A stretch of 64,000 bases of DNA from Candidatus Latescibacterota bacterium (GCA_963707635.1 OY970173.1:672001-736000), one strand, 5' to 3'; counted from the stretch's first letter, positions 48,931-59,572 are shown. Program-made: numbers and translations. The notes: generated by a model from the sequence alone, not told the origin.

Positions 48931-51348
48931 ATGAATCGATTTTTTGCCGCGCGCGCACTCGTCGTCGCGCTCGCACTGGCGGCGTCCTGCGCGCAGCAGG
49001 AACAGGCCCCGACGGCGGAAGCGCCCTCGAAATCGCTCTCCGAGGGCGAGGCGCGCCGCTTCGACCAGCTCACCATCCGGCTGATCATGCAGGGCCCCGG
49101 CCTCGTCGGCACGCCGCCGACCAGCCCGTGCTTCTCGGCCGACGGGTCGAACCTGTTCTTCCAGTGGAACCCGCCGGCGCGGCTCGATTCGCTGAGCGCG
49201 AGCGATCCCGAAAACGCGTACGACCACTACCTGGATCTCGAGCGCGAGGCGGGGACCTATCGGCTCGACGTGGCGACGCGCAAGCTGGAGAAACTCTCGG
49301 ACGCGGTCGCGGACACGACCGTGCCGGACGAATTCGCGTGGGATCGAGCGCGGCGGCGGCGCGCGGAAATACGAAACGGCGACCTCTGGCTGGTCGACCT
49401 CGCGGGGGGGCGCACCCGCCGGATGACCCAGACCGCAGAGGAGGAACGCACGCCGCAGATCTCGGCCGACGGCGCCACCGTCTACTTCGTGCGCGGCGGC
49501 AACGCGTTCGCGCTCCCCTTCGGCGGCGGGACGATCCGGCAACTGACCCAGGTCGAGACCTCCGACGCCCCCGACGAAGGCAAGCCCAACCCGCAGCGGA
49601 AATTCCTGATCGACCAGCAGAAGGCGCTGTTCGTGGAGTTCAAGGACCGCGGCGAAAAGGAGAAAAAAGAGAAGAACATCGCCCACCCACGCAAGCTCTA
49701 CGTCGGCAGCGGATTCACGGTGCAACGGGTGCTGGTGTCGCCGTCCGGCGCCTACGTCGCGATGGCGCTGAGCCGCGAATCGTCGAACGCGCGCAAGCCG
49801 GTCATCCCGGTGGTGGTGACGGAAAGCGGCTACGCCGAGACCGAGGAGGTGCGCACCCTGGTCGGCGACGCCCAGGAAGAGACCCGGATCGTGTTCGTCG
49901 ACGTCGCCGCCGATTCGCTCGTGTGGATGAAGAGCGACGCCACCGCCACCGTCGAAGTGAAGGCGTGGTCGCCGACCGAGGACGTGCTCCTCGTGCGCGA
50001 GTTGCCCGCGCACTGGCACGAGCGCCGTTTTTCGCTGGTCTCGCCGCGACAGCGCGACGTCGAGGGCAAGGCCGTGCCGAGGCTGCTCGACCGTTTCCAC
50101 GACGACGCGTGGGTAGACGGGCCCGACTTCGACGATACCGGCGCCTGGCTTCCGGACGGCAGCGGGGTCTACTTCATCTCCGAGGCGGGCGGGTGGGGGC
50201 ACCTGTATACGGTGTCGGTGACGGGACGGCAGAAGCAGCTCACGCGCGGCGCCTTCGAGGTATACGACGCGATTCTCGACGCAGCGCACGAGCGCTGGTG
50301 GCTCGTGAGCAACGAGGGACGCCCGGGTTCGCACCGGCTCTGGACGATGGACCTGGACGGGGCGAACCGCCGTCTGCTCACGCCGAATGCCGGCAACTAC
50401 GAGGTCGTGCCCGCTCCGTCGATGGCGCTGGCCGCGATCACCTACTCGAGCGCGACACATCCACCCGAACTCTACCTCCTCGACGCGTCCTCGGGTTCAC
50501 TCGACGGCCCGTTCACCGAGTCGACGACGAAGGCGTTTCGCGCCTATCCATGGCTCGAGCCCGAAACCGTCGCGTTCAAGGCCTCTGACGGGGTCGAGGT
50601 GCCCGCGCACCTGTTCCGCCCCGAGCGCTTCGGCGGGACGCCCAACGGCGCGGGTGTGATCTTCGTCCACGGCGCCGGCTATCTTCAGAATGTCATCGAC
50701 GGGTGGAGCTACTACTATCGCGAGTTCATGTTCAACAGCTTTCTGGCCGCGCACGGGTACGCGGTGCTCAACGTGGACTACCGCGGGTCCGCCGGTTACG
50801 GCCGCGATTGCCGCACGGCGATCTACAAACACATGGGCGGGCGCGACCTCGACGACGTGATCGACGGCGCGCGCTACCTCGTGCGCGAACACGGCGTGGG
50901 CGAGAAACAGGTCGGGATGTATGGCGGGTCGTACGGAGGGTTTCTGACCTTGATGGGCATGTTCAAGTACCCGGACGAGATCGCCGCCGGCGCCGCACTG
51001 CGGTCGGTGACCGACTGGGCGCATTACAACCACGGGTACACGGTGCGGATTCTGGGTACACCGGCCGAGGACCCCGAGGCGTATCGCCGCTCGTCGCCGA
51101 TCTATTTTGCCGAGGGTCTGGCGGGGAACCTGGTCATGCTGCACGGGCTTCGCGACGACAACGTGCTGGCCGAGGATGTGCTGCGCTTGAGCCAGCGACT
51201 CATCGAGCTCGGCAAGGAGAACTGGGACCTGGCGCTGTATCCGGTGGAACGGCACGCGTACCGGCGGGCGTCGTCGTGGACGGATCAGATGACGCGCGCC
51301 TACAAGGTATTCGAGCGCACGCTCCCCGCGCGTCCCCCCGCGCCGTAG
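48931..51348 (+). CDS. S9 family (DPP-IV/prolyl oligopeptidase) peptidase, probable lipoprotein
   Basis: GGSYGG, HGLRDDNV, ERH triad; propeller repeats. Confidence 0.92.
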   Translation: MNRFFAARALVVALALAASCAQQEQAPTAEAPSKSLSEGEARRFDQLTIRLIMQGPGLVGTPPTSPCFSADGSNLFFQWNPPARLDSLSASDPENAYDHYLDLEREAGTYRLDVATRKLEKLSDAVADTTVPDEFAWDRARRRRAEIRNGDLWLVDLAGGRTRRMTQTAEEERTPQISADGATVYFVRGGNAFALPFGGGTIRQLTQVETSDAPDEGKPNPQRKFLIDQQKALFVEFKDRGEKEKKEKNIAHPRKLYVGSGFTVQRVLVSPSGAYVAMALSRESSNARKPVIPVVVTESGYAETEEVRTLVGDAQEETRIVFVDVAADSLVWMKSDATATVEVKAWSPTEDVLLVRELPAHWHERRFSLVSPRQRDVEGKAVPRLLDRFHDDAWVDGPDFDDTGAWLPDGSGVYFISEAGGWGHLYTVSVTGRQKQLTRGAFEVYDAILDAAHERWWLVSNEGRPGSHRLWTMDLDGANRRLLTPNAGNYEVVPAPSMALAAITYSSATHPPELYLLDASSGSLDGPFTESTTKAFRAYPWLEPETVAFKASDGVEVPAHLFRPERFGGTPNGAGVIFVHGAGYLQNVIDGWSYYYREFMFNSFLAAHGYAVLNVDYRGSAGYGRDCRTAIYKHMGGRDLDDVIDGARYLVREHGVGEKQVGMYGGSYGGFLTLMGMFKYPDEIAAGAALRSVTDWAHYNHGYTVRILGTPAEDPEAYRRSSPIYFAEGLAGNLVMLHGLRDDNVLAEDVLRLSQRLIELGKENWDLALYPVERHAYRRASSWTDQMTRAYKVFERTLPARPPAP

Positions 51349-51358
51349 GCAACCGCGC

Positions 51359-51394
51359 GCGGCGCCACCGGTCCGGCGAACGCCGCTTTTTTTT
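51359..51394 (+). terminator. Rho-independent terminator of the S9 gene
   Basis: GCGGCG...CGCCGC followed by T8. Confidence 0.7.
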
Positions 51395-51399
51395 GCGGT

Positions 51400-51428
51400 T
51401 TGAAGCCGGCGGACCCAGGTGCTAAGAT
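51400..51428 (+). promoter_or_regulatory. Sigma70 promoter of candidate sRNA
   Basis: TTGAAG-N17-TAAGAT with extended TG. Confidence 0.6.
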
Positions 51429-51433
51429 ATCGC

Positions 51434-51579
51434 GCTGAATATGCAAGGACGACCGCGGACGACCGGCGTGTGGGTCGTTCGCCAAGGGCAGGTCCTTCCC
51501 CTCGTTGCACGGGTTCCACATGAGACACTCTTTCTCCCCGGAGCGTCTCGACCGTCGCAGCGGGGGGAAGGCTTTTTTT
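51434..51579 (+). ncRNA. Candidate ~145 nt sRNA
   Basis: Own promoter, two long hairpins with + strand G-U pairs, T7 terminator. Confidence 0.55.
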
Positions 51580-51594
51580 CGTGCTCGCGGCCGG

Positions 51595-52845
51595 CTACGG
51601 CTGCGGGGGAGCGGGGTCGTAGAGGTCGAGGTCGAGGTCGTTGGGGAGCGACACCAAGAGCCGCGCGACCCGGGCTTCGTCGTCGCTGATGTCGGCCGGG
51701 AGCGGCTGACCCGCGTACATGATGAATCCATCCGGAAGGTGCGAGAGACGGACGGTGTGCCCAAACTCGTGCATCATGATGGAGTAGAGCGTCTGTTCGT
51801 CGGAGAAGTCGTCGACGATCTTGATACGGTCGAGCTGCGGGTGTCCCTCGGCGTCGTTGGAATGCTCCGTGATCCCGTTCTGAATGCCCATCACGCTGCG
51901 GGAAAGAAACTGAACGGTTACGCCCACCGGCGGCGGCGCCGCCGCCGCGACGAAGATCTCCATCCCGGTTCGCTCGTTCCAGCGGGACGCGGCCCGTTCG
52001 GCGATCGCGCGATAGTCGAGACCATTCGAGTTGACGAAGTCCGCGCTGTACCAGGCGATCGGGTAGTTCGCCCACCGCTTGACCGTGTTCCCCGGCCCCG
52101 CGCGGACCAGCGCGTCGAGCAGGATCTCCAGGACGCTCTGGTAGAGCGGGGAGGCGGGACGGGCGTACTCGATCATCGGGTACGCGACCGAGCGGTCGCC
52201 GTCGATCACGAACGCGTCGGCGACGGAGTGATAGGAGGCCGCCGCGCTGCCGCGCTCGATGCGCACACCGATCGCCCCCTCGGTCACGTCGAAGAGTGAC
52301 ACGCGCCCGGCGCCGTCGGTGGTGAGCCGCTGCGACGAGCGCGACGTCACCAGCACGGCGAGCCCCGGCACGGGCGTCTGCGAGATCGCCTCGATACACG
52401 TGGCCTCGAGCGTCACCCCGGGGATGCGCACGTGCGCAACGTTCGAGAACGGCGAGGCGTTGCCCGCCGGGTCGTAGGCGCGAACGGCGGCGTAGAGGTC
52501 TCGTCCCCGGGTCGCGCCGGTGAGCGTGTAGAGCTGCGGCGACCCGGCCGCCAGCGGGTCCGGGCTCGACGGTGTCGCGGTCGAACGATCCCACGAGAAC
52601 GGTTCCGCGTAGGCGATGCGAATCTCGTAGCGGCCGACGCGGTCGCGCGCGAGTCCGTCGCGCGGAGCCGTCCAGGTGAATTCGACCTCATCCGTCGCGT
52701 CGTGGTACGCGAGGACGAGGTCGAGCACGGGGTCGGGCGGGAGACGATCCTGACCTCCCGGGTGCGGCGCCGAAACGTCGTCGTCGCACGCCGCGACGAG
52801 CACGAGCGAAACGGCCAGCGACTGCAGGAGACGTAATCTCACCAT
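51595..52845 (-). CDS. Lipoprotein with FN3-like domain and metzincin (matrixin-like) domain
   Basis: Lipobox VAA-C; WTAP...Y; HEFGHTVRLSH + IMY Met-turn. Confidence 0.75.
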   Translation of the reverse strand: MVRLRLLQSLAVSLVLVAACDDDVSAPHPGGQDRLPPDPVLDLVLAYHDATDEVEFTWTAPRDGLARDRVGRYEIRIAYAEPFSWDRSTATPSSPDPLAAGSPQLYTLTGATRGRDLYAAVRAYDPAGNASPFSNVAHVRIPGVTLEATCIEAISQTPVPGLAVLVTSRSSQRLTTDGAGRVSLFDVTEGAIGVRIERGSAAASYHSVADAFVIDGDRSVAYPMIEYARPASPLYQSVLEILLDALVRAGPGNTVKRWANYPIAWYSADFVNSNGLDYRAIAERAASRWNERTGMEIFVAAAAPPPVGVTVQFLSRSVMGIQNGITEHSNDAEGHPQLDRIKIVDDFSDEQTLYSIMMHEFGHTVRLSHLPDGFIMYAGQPLPADISDDEARVARLLVSLPNDLDLDLYDPAPPQP

Positions 52846-52963
52846 GGATCACCCGTCGAAGGAGCGGAGAGGGGACGCGACACGCCGGGCGCGCGGGGCC
52901 GGCCCCTTGACTTCCGCGCAAACCAGAGTATAGTCAACGGCTTACTGATCCGAAAGGGTGTTC

Positions 52964-53887
52964 ATGGAGGGTGTCAGAGACATCATCATTCTGGGCTCGG
53001 GGCCGGCTGGATTGACGGCCGCCATCTACGCCGCGCGGGCCGACCTGAAACCGCTCGTCATCGAAGGAACCCAGCCGGGCGGACAGCTCACCATCACTAC
53101 CGACGTCGAGAACTACCCGGGATTCGAGCAACCGGTGATGGGGCCGGAGCTCATGGACATCATGAAACGGCAGGCGGCGCGCTTCGGGACCGAGTTCGAG
53201 TTCGAGTCGATCGATCGCGTCGAGCTGGACGGTCCGGTCAAGACGCTTCACGCCGGCGGGAAGACGTATCGTTGTCGCGCGCTCGTCATTTCGACCGGCG
53301 CGACCGCGCGCTGGCTCGATCTCCCCAGCGAAGAACGGCTCAAGGGTCACGGCGTCTCCGCCTGCGCGACCTGCGATGGATTCTTCTTCAAAGGGCAGGT
53401 GATCGTCGTCGTCGGCGGCGGTGACACCGCGATCGAGGAAGCGACGTACCTCACCAAGTTCGGGTCGAAAGTCTTAGTCGTCCACCGCCGCCACGAGCTG
53501 CGCGCCTCGAAGGCGATGCAGGACCGCGCCCTCAAGAATCCGAAGATCGAGTTCATCTGGAACTCGGTCGTGAGCGAGGTCATCGGGGACGGCAAGGTCG
53601 CCGGCGTGCGGCTCAAAGACGTGACGACGGGCAAGGAGCGCACGCTCGACTGCGGCGGCCTGTTCGTCGCCATCGGCCACACTCCGAATACGTCGCTGTT
53701 CAAGGGCATGGTGAAAATGGACGAGAACGGGTACCTGATCGTCGAGCCCGGAACGAGCCGTACCAACGTCGCCGGCGTCTTCGCGGCCGGCGACGTCGCC
53801 GACCACGTGTACCGGCAGGCGGTCACCGCCGCCGGCATGGGCTGCATGGCGGCGCTCGACGCGGAGCGGTTCCTGGTGGGGCACTAG
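52964..53887 (+). CDS. trxB: Thioredoxin reductase
   Basis: GSGPAG, GGQL, CATCDG, GGGDTA; TTGACT-N16-TATAGT promoter at 52907-52934. Confidence 0.95.
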   Translation: MEGVRDIIILGSGPAGLTAAIYAARADLKPLVIEGTQPGGQLTITTDVENYPGFEQPVMGPELMDIMKRQAARFGTEFEFESIDRVELDGPVKTLHAGGKTYRCRALVISTGATARWLDLPSEERLKGHGVSACATCDGFFFKGQVIVVVGGGDTAIEEATYLTKFGSKVLVVHRRHELRASKAMQDRALKNPKIEFIWNSVVSEVIGDGKVAGVRLKDVTTGKERTLDCGGLFVAIGHTPNTSLFKGMVKMDENGYLIVEPGTSRTNVAGVFAAGDVADHVYRQAVTAAGMGCMAALDAERFLVGH

Positions 53888-53926
53888 CCGGAGGGTGCGG
53901 TTGCTCTGGACCGCGGAAAGGACGCC

Positions 53927-54628
53927 ATGCGCAAGTACGGGTTCGCACTGGTCGTGTTCGCGTGTCTGGCCGGGAGTTCCTCGCGCGCCCGCGCGCAGGA
54001 GAGTTTCGGCTGGGATGGCGTCCTCTACGGAGGATGGAGTCATGCCCGGTTGAGCGGGAGCAGCCAGCCGTTCGAAAGCTCGGACGCGCGCGACGCAGGG
54101 ACCGGTGGGGTGGGGTTTGTCCTGCGGGTTGAGGACGAGTTCGGCATCGAATTCGGAATTCGCGCCACGCAGAAAGGCGCCTCGGGGGAAGTCGATCTCA
54201 CCGATTACACCGCGGACGTCAACACGTCGACGCCACGAATCCTCGGCGAAGGCACCACCGCGCTCACCTATCTCGAACTCCCGCTCACCTTCGCCGGCTA
54301 TATGAGCGCCGGTCAGAAGGCGTACCTGCGCGGTTATCTCGGCGTCTCGCCGAATTTCCTCCTGAAGGCGAACTTCACCGGCACTCTCGAAGGCAGCAGC
54401 GCCGACGTGGACATCAAGGACGCGCTCAAGGGGTTCGACTTCGCGTGGGTGATCGGAGCCAGCGCGACGCTCGACAAGACGAGCTACAGCCTGTGGCTGG
54501 ATGGGCGCTACGTGGGTGGGGTGCGCTCGATCGACAATTCCGGATCGGACTACGACGTGAAGACGAACGCGTTCGAAATGGCCCTGGGCGTGGGAATCCC
54601 GCTCGTGCGGGAAGTCGAAGCACAATGA
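53927..54628 (+). CDS. Outer-membrane beta-barrel protein (PorT/OMP_b-brl_2-like)
   Basis: Signal peptide, YLELPL motif, alternating beta strands. Confidence 0.7.
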   Translation: MRKYGFALVVFACLAGSSSRARAQESFGWDGVLYGGWSHARLSGSSQPFESSDARDAGTGGVGFVLRVEDEFGIEFGIRATQKGASGEVDLTDYTADVNTSTPRILGEGTTALTYLELPLTFAGYMSAGQKAYLRGYLGVSPNFLLKANFTGTLEGSSADVDIKDALKGFDFAWVIGASATLDKTSYSLWLDGRYVGGVRSIDNSGSDYDVKTNAFEMALGVGIPLVREVEAQ

Positions 54629-55200
54629 CGACACGCCGAGCGAAACCTCCCCGGGACAAGCTGGTCGAAGCCGCCCGCGGCTTTCTCGCCGCGCTCGAGG
54701 TCGACCCGGCCGGGCTCGAGGCGACGCCCGAGCGCGTCGCCGAGGCGTGGCGCGTGTTCACGCGCGGCTACGCGGGCAGTGCGCGCGACGTGTTCGCGGA
54801 GGGTGTGTTCGAAGAGACGCACGACGGCATGGTGCTGGTGCGGGACATCGACTTTTTCAGTGTGTGCGAGCACCATCTGGTCCCGTTCTACGGCCGTTGC
54901 CACGTGGCGTACCTCCCCGCGGGACGGATCGCGGGCTTGAGCAAGCTCTCGCGTCTGGTCGACCTCCATGCCCGGCGGCTGCAGGTGCAGGAACGAATGA
55001 CGCGCGACATCGCGCGCGACCTCCAGACCCACCTCAAGCCGCGCGGCGTCGCCGTGCAGGTCGAGGGCCGCCACCTGTGCATGGCGATGCGCGGGGTGGA
55101 GCAGCGCAACGCCGACGTGGTGACGACGAGTTTTCTGGGGTCGTTCCGATCCGACCCGGCCATGGCCATGGAGTTCCGGGCGGCGATCGCGCGCCGGTAG
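54625..55200 (+). CDS. folE: GTP cyclohydrolase I
   Basis: [37 protein letters not shown]. Confidence 0.95.
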   Translation: MTTRRAKPPRDKLVEAARGFLAALEVDPAGLEATPERVAEAWRVFTRGYAGSARDVFAEGVFEETHDGMVLVRDIDFFSVCEHHLVPFYGRCHVAYLPAGRIAGLSKLSRLVDLHARRLQVQERMTRDIARDLQTHLKPRGVAVQVEGRHLCMAMRGVEQRNADVVTTSFLGSFRSDPAMAMEFRAAIARR

Positions 55201-55228
55201 CCACAACCAACGAAACGGAGAAGAGGCA

Positions 55229-55786
55229 ATGTCGATCAAGCCCGACAAGTGGATCGCGCGGATGGTCAAGGAATACCGGATGATCGAGCCGTACGTCGAT
55301 TCGCAGGTGAAGGACAACACGGTCTCCTTCGGGGTGTCGTCCTACGGCTACGACATCCGCATCGCGGACGAGTTCAAGATCTTCACCAACATCAACTCCA
55401 CCGTGGTGGATCCGAAAAACTTCGACCCGAGGTCGTTCTTCGACTTCAAGGGCGACATCTGCATCATTCCGCCCAACTCGTTCGCGCTCGGGCGCAGCGT
55501 CGAGTACTTCCGCATCCCGCGCAACGTGATGACGATCTGCGTGGGCAAGTCCACGTACGCCCGCTGCGGCATCATCACCAACGTGACCCCCTTCGAACCG
55601 GAGTGGGAGGGGTTCGTGACGCTGGAGATCTCGAACACGACGCCGCTGCCGGCGAAGATCTACGCCAATGAGGGCATCGCCCAGGTGCTCTTCTTCCAGA
55701 GCGACGAGGACTGCCTGATCTCGTACGGCGACAAGAAGGGCAAGTACCAGAAGCAGACCGGGATCACGCTGCCCAAGGTGCCGTAG
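55229..55786 (+). CDS. dcd: dCTP deaminase
   Basis: [30 protein letters not shown]. Confidence 0.95.
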   Translation: MSIKPDKWIARMVKEYRMIEPYVDSQVKDNTVSFGVSSYGYDIRIADEFKIFTNINSTVVDPKNFDPRSFFDFKGDICIIPPNSFALGRSVEYFRIPRNVMTICVGKSTYARCGIITNVTPFEPEWEGFVTLEISNTTPLPAKIYANEGIAQVLFFQSDEDCLISYGDKKGKYQKQTGITLPKVP

Positions 55787-55857
55787 GCGTGCGGCCCGGG
55801 GCCGGGCCCGGATCGGCCCGGGAAGCCCGACGCCGGGGGTCTCAGGCGATTTTGTGT

Positions 55858-55886
55858 TTGACAGCCCCCCGCCTTCCTGTTAGACC
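55858..55886 (+). promoter_or_regulatory. Sigma70 promoter of histone gene
   Basis: TTGACA-N17-TAGACC; 5'UTR hairpin at 55898-55915. Confidence 0.65.
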
Positions 55887-55954
55887 CACACCGTAACGAG
55901 GCTCTCTGGAGCCTCATTCTGGCAAAGGTTCACACTACTGGGAGGAACGTAGAA

Positions 55955-56152
55955 ATGGCAAAAGCTGCGAAGAAGGCTGCCGGTGCCGAGCTGATCATCT
56001 CCAAGTCTCGCACCAAGGCCGCCGCGAAGGGCTACAACGTGTCGGGCGACTTCTACGGCGCGCTCGACAAAGCGGTCCGTATGATCGTCAAGGAAGCGGG
56101 CGAGCGCGCCAAGGCGAACAAGCGCAAGACGCTCAAGCCCAGCGACATTTAG
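55955..56152 (+). CDS. Bacterial histone-fold protein
   Basis: 65 aa; LIISKSRTK...NVSGDFYGAL...ERAKANKRKTLKPSDI (RKT..D signature); GGGAGG RBS. Confidence 0.85.
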   Translation: MAKAAKKAAGAELIISKSRTKAAAKGYNVSGDFYGALDKAVRMIVKEAGERAKANKRKTLKPSDI

Positions 56153-56187
56153 TCGAATTGCCGGGTGACTGTCACCCGCGCGCCAGA

Positions 56188-56220
56188 GGGCCCGGCCTGC
56201 CGGCCGGGCCTTTTGTTTTC
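56188..56220 (+). terminator. Rho-independent terminator of histone gene
   Basis: GGCCCGGCC-TGCC-GGCCGGGCC-TTTTGTTTT. Confidence 0.8.
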
Positions 56221-56352
56221 ACACCGAACCGGACGCGGGCGGCGTTGGCGCCGTCCACGGGCCTCGCGGGCGCCCCCCGCGCCGATTACGCGCCTTGCGT
56301 CATCGGGAGCGGCGTGTTACCTTTGCTCAATTAACCCGGAGGATCTCCCGCG

Positions 56353-57816
56353 ATGCCCGATAAGATCATCGGGACAGGAATCACGTTCGACGACGTGCTC
56401 CTCGTGCCCGCCCGCTCCTCATTTCTGCCCGCAGATACCGACGTCTCCACGCGACTGACCAAGAAGATCCGGCTCAACATCCCGATCGTTTCCGCCGCCA
56501 TGGATACGGTGACCGAGGCGGGGTTTGCCATCGCGATGGCGCGCGCGGGCGGCATCGGCTTCGTGCACAAGAACATGACGCCCGAGCGCCAGGCCGAGCA
56601 CGTGGACATGGTGAAGCGAAGCGAGAGCGGCGTCATCTCCAGCCCGATCACCCTTGGGCCCGGGGCGCTGGTGCGCGACGCGCAGGCGCTCATGAAAAAG
56701 TACGGCGTCTCGGGGGTGCCGATCACCGACAAGAACGGCGTGCTGGTCGGGATTCTCACCGCGCGCGACCTGCGCTTCAACGAAGACGACACGCTTCTCA
56801 TTCGGGAAGTAATGACGTCGAAGGGACTGGTCACCGCACCGGTCGGCATCAAGATGGAAGAGGCCAAGCGGCTGCTGCACGAGCACCGCATCGAGAAGCT
56901 CCCGGTGGTCGATTCGAAGCAGCGCCTTCGCGGCCTGATCACGGTCAAGGACATCCAGAAGAAGCTGGATTTCCCGCTGGCGTGCAAGGACGCGCAGGGG
57001 CGTCTGCGGGTGGGCGCCGCGGTCGGCATCGGCAAGGACGCGCTGCACCGCGTGGATCTGCTGGTGGACGCGGGCGCCGACGTGATCGCCATCGACACGG
57101 CGCACGGGCACACCACCAACGTCATCGATACGCTCGCGCGGGTGAAGAAGCGCCACCGCTCGACTCCGGTGGTGGTGGGCAACGTCGCCACCGCGCAGGC
57201 CACCCGCGACCTGGCGAAGGCTGGCGCCGACGCGATCAAGGTCGGCATGGGTCCGGGCGCGATCTGCACGACACGCGTGGTCGCGGGAGCCGGGGTTCCG
57301 CAGGTCACCGCCATCATGAACTGCGCACCGGTCGCCGCCCAGGCCGGTATCCCGCTGATCGCCGACGGGGGCATCAAGTACAGCGGCGACATCGTCAAGG
57401 CGATCGCTGCCGGCGCCGACGTGGTGATGATCGGGAGCCTTTTCGCCGGCACCGACGAAACCCCAGGGGAAATCGTCCTCTACGAGGGTCGCAGCTTCAA
57501 ATCCTACCGGGGCATGGGGTCGATCGAAGCCATGAAGGAAGGCAGCAAGGACCGCTACGCGCAGGCGGACGTCGAGGAATCGAAACTCGTCGCCGAAGGG
57601 ATCGAAGGACGCGTGCCCTACAAGGGGCGCCTGGCGGATTCGATCTTCCAGCTGGTTGGCGGGCTCCGGTCCGGGCTCGGCTACTGCGGGGCGCGCACAG
57701 TAGGGGAACTCCAGGAACGCGGGCGCTTCATGCTGATTACCGCCGCCGGGTTGCGCGAGAGTCATCCGCACGACGTCATCATCACCAAGGAAGCCCCCAA
57801 CTACCGCTTGAGCTGA
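56353..57816 (+). CDS. guaB: IMP dehydrogenase
   Basis: [11 protein letters not shown] pair, [23 protein letters not shown]. Confidence 0.95.
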   Translation: MPDKIIGTGITFDDVLLVPARSSFLPADTDVSTRLTKKIRLNIPIVSAAMDTVTEAGFAIAMARAGGIGFVHKNMTPERQAEHVDMVKRSESGVISSPITLGPGALVRDAQALMKKYGVSGVPITDKNGVLVGILTARDLRFNEDDTLLIREVMTSKGLVTAPVGIKMEEAKRLLHEHRIEKLPVVDSKQRLRGLITVKDIQKKLDFPLACKDAQGRLRVGAAVGIGKDALHRVDLLVDAGADVIAIDTAHGHTTNVIDTLARVKKRHRSTPVVVGNVATAQATRDLAKAGADAIKVGMGPGAICTTRVVAGAGVPQVTAIMNCAPVAAQAGIPLIADGGIKYSGDIVKAIAAGADVVMIGSLFAGTDETPGEIVLYEGRSFKSYRGMGSIEAMKEGSKDRYAQADVEESKLVAEGIEGRVPYKGRLADSIFQLVGGLRSGLGYCGARTVGELQERGRFMLITAAGLRESHPHDVIITKEAPNYRLS

Positions 57817-57818
57817 CG

Positions 57819-58730
57819 ATGCGCGCGAGCAACGAATCCGGCATGACGTGGCACGGTCAGATCAACCGGACCATCTGGGAGATCAACGAGGCGATCAAGA
57901 AGGCGCCCGACAATCCGCGCCTGCGCCGCGAGCTGCTGCGCGCGCAGTTTCTGCAGCACTTCGAGTTCGACAAGGCCTACCACGTTCCCCGGGACGATCG
58001 GACCTTCCTGTTTCTGCACGACGCCGACGCGCCGATCGTGCTGTTGCTGCACGGATCGCAGGGAACGCCGGCCGAGATGCGGGAGCTGGGCAACCATCTC
58101 CACTCCCGGGGGATTTCCGCGTACTGCCCGCGCTTCACGCGCACGAGCGGCAAGGACGAGCCGGTGTCGTGGGAGTCGTGGGTGACGCAGGCGCAGATCG
58201 CGCTGGAGAGCGTATGCACGTGCTCGCCGGCCGCGTTCGTGTGCGGCTTGAGCCTGGGCGGGACGGTCGCGCTGATCCTGGCGGAGCACGCGCCGCTGGC
58301 CGGGATGATACTGCTCGCGCCGGCGCTCTATCCGCGCATGGGTCTGAAGGCCCGTTGCCTGCAGCTGACCCGGGTGGTCACGCCCACCGTCTTCTATCAC
58401 TTCGCGGGCTGGACGGGCGAGGTCCTGAAGGCGATGGACCACGCGCGCAAGCAAACCCGTGAGCTCAAACTGCCCGTGCTGGCGCTGCAGTCGGCGGACG
58501 ACCGGCACCTGTCGCCGCGCGGACTCAAGTTCCTCCGCCGCCGTGGGGGCCACCCGGGCAGCGACTTCCGCCTGCTGGCGGAGGGTTCGCACGCGATCAT
58601 GCGCGGCGCCGCGAAGGCCGAGGTGTTCGAGGCGGTGTCCGGGTTCGTCGAGCGCAACGCGCGCGGGGTCAAGGTGGTGGCGGCGGTCCCCGACGCGCCG
58701 GCCGCGGAGTCTATATCTGATCCATCGTGA
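57819..58730 (+). CDS. Alpha/beta hydrolase (carboxylesterase-like) with N-terminal extension
   Basis: LLLHG, GLSLGG nucleophile elbow, SADD, SH. Confidence 0.8.
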   Translation: MRASNESGMTWHGQINRTIWEINEAIKKAPDNPRLRRELLRAQFLQHFEFDKAYHVPRDDRTFLFLHDADAPIVLLLHGSQGTPAEMRELGNHLHSRGISAYCPRFTRTSGKDEPVSWESWVTQAQIALESVCTCSPAAFVCGLSLGGTVALILAEHAPLAGMILLAPALYPRMGLKARCLQLTRVVTPTVFYHFAGWTGEVLKAMDHARKQTRELKLPVLALQSADDRHLSPRGLKFLRRRGGHPGSDFRLLAEGSHAIMRGAAKAEVFEAVSGFVERNARGVKVVAAVPDAPAAESISDPS

Positions 58731-59484
58731 AGCGGAACGATTCGTCGAGACGCTGAATCTTCTTCACCAGTTCGCGCAGTTTTTCCCTCAGCTCCGGGTC
58801 TTTCCCCTTCATGTACGACGAATAGAGGTCCAGGAACTCGTCCTGGAGGGCGCGCAGCTCGCGATCGGATTCGATGCGATCGATCGAGCGCTCCAGGTGA
58901 TACACGTCGCCCGACGATAGTCGCTCGAGGATGTTGAAGTACTCCCCGCGCATGTGGCTCAGGATCTGGACGTACTGCTCGAACCCGCGCGAGAGCTTCT
59001 CGAGAACCTCGCTGATGGCGGTCGCCTTGCGGAACATCGCCTGGCTGTACGAGTAGGCGAACTGGTAGTAGGCTTTCGCCCGCCCCACGTAGACCTCTTC
59101 GTTGTCCTTCATGAACGCATCCTTCGACCCCGGCCGCGAGACGTCCGGGTTGCGGAAGATGCCGATTGATATGAGCAGGAAGTCCGCGTTGGTCTTGTAG
59201 ATCGTGTACTTCAGGCGCACGTCCGGCGAATTGCGGATCTTCTCGAAGAGGTCGCTGTCATAGCGCGACAGGAACTTGCGGGTGCGCTCGTGGTAGTCCG
59301 GATTCATGAAGGACGTGAGCAGATTGGCGAGGTAGACGTTCACGTCCTCGTCGTAGTAGGTCTGGTTCGAGGGGTTTCCGGACTCGAGCCGGCTGTAGAG
59401 CAGACAGTTCATCATGAAGAAGAACGTCGGCTCGAGGTCGCGACCGCCGCCCGGCCCGATGGTGATATGGGTTCCGCCGTCCAT
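58711..59484 (-). CDS. Helical hypothetical protein
   Basis: Strong coding-like composition (VYLANLL...NADFLLISIGIF...GRAKAYY); sigma54 promoter upstream. Confidence 0.7.
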   Translation of the reverse strand: MDGGTHITIGPGGGRDLEPTFFFMMNCLLYSRLESGNPSNQTYYDEDVNVYLANLLTSFMNPDYHERTRKFLSRYDSDLFEKIRNSPDVRLKYTIYKTNADFLLISIGIFRNPDVSRPGSKDAFMKDNEEVYVGRAKAYYQFAYSYSQAMFRKATAISEVLEKLSRGFEQYVQILSHMRGEYFNILERLSSGDVYHLERSIDRIESDRELRALQDEFLDLYSSYMKGKDPELREKLRELVKKIQRLDESFRFTMDQI

Positions 59485-59572
59485 CTCGCGTCCGTTTTGT
59501 CTCCGTCGCTGTCGGTGTGCCGCGACCGATGAGTCCCACCGGTCCGCCGCGATTGCCGGCAGGGGCGAAATC

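Noticed and set aside
51441..51689. 82-aa ORF in the sRNA region
   Set aside because: Runs through the T7 terminator into the convergent gene; no RBS and no recognisable motif
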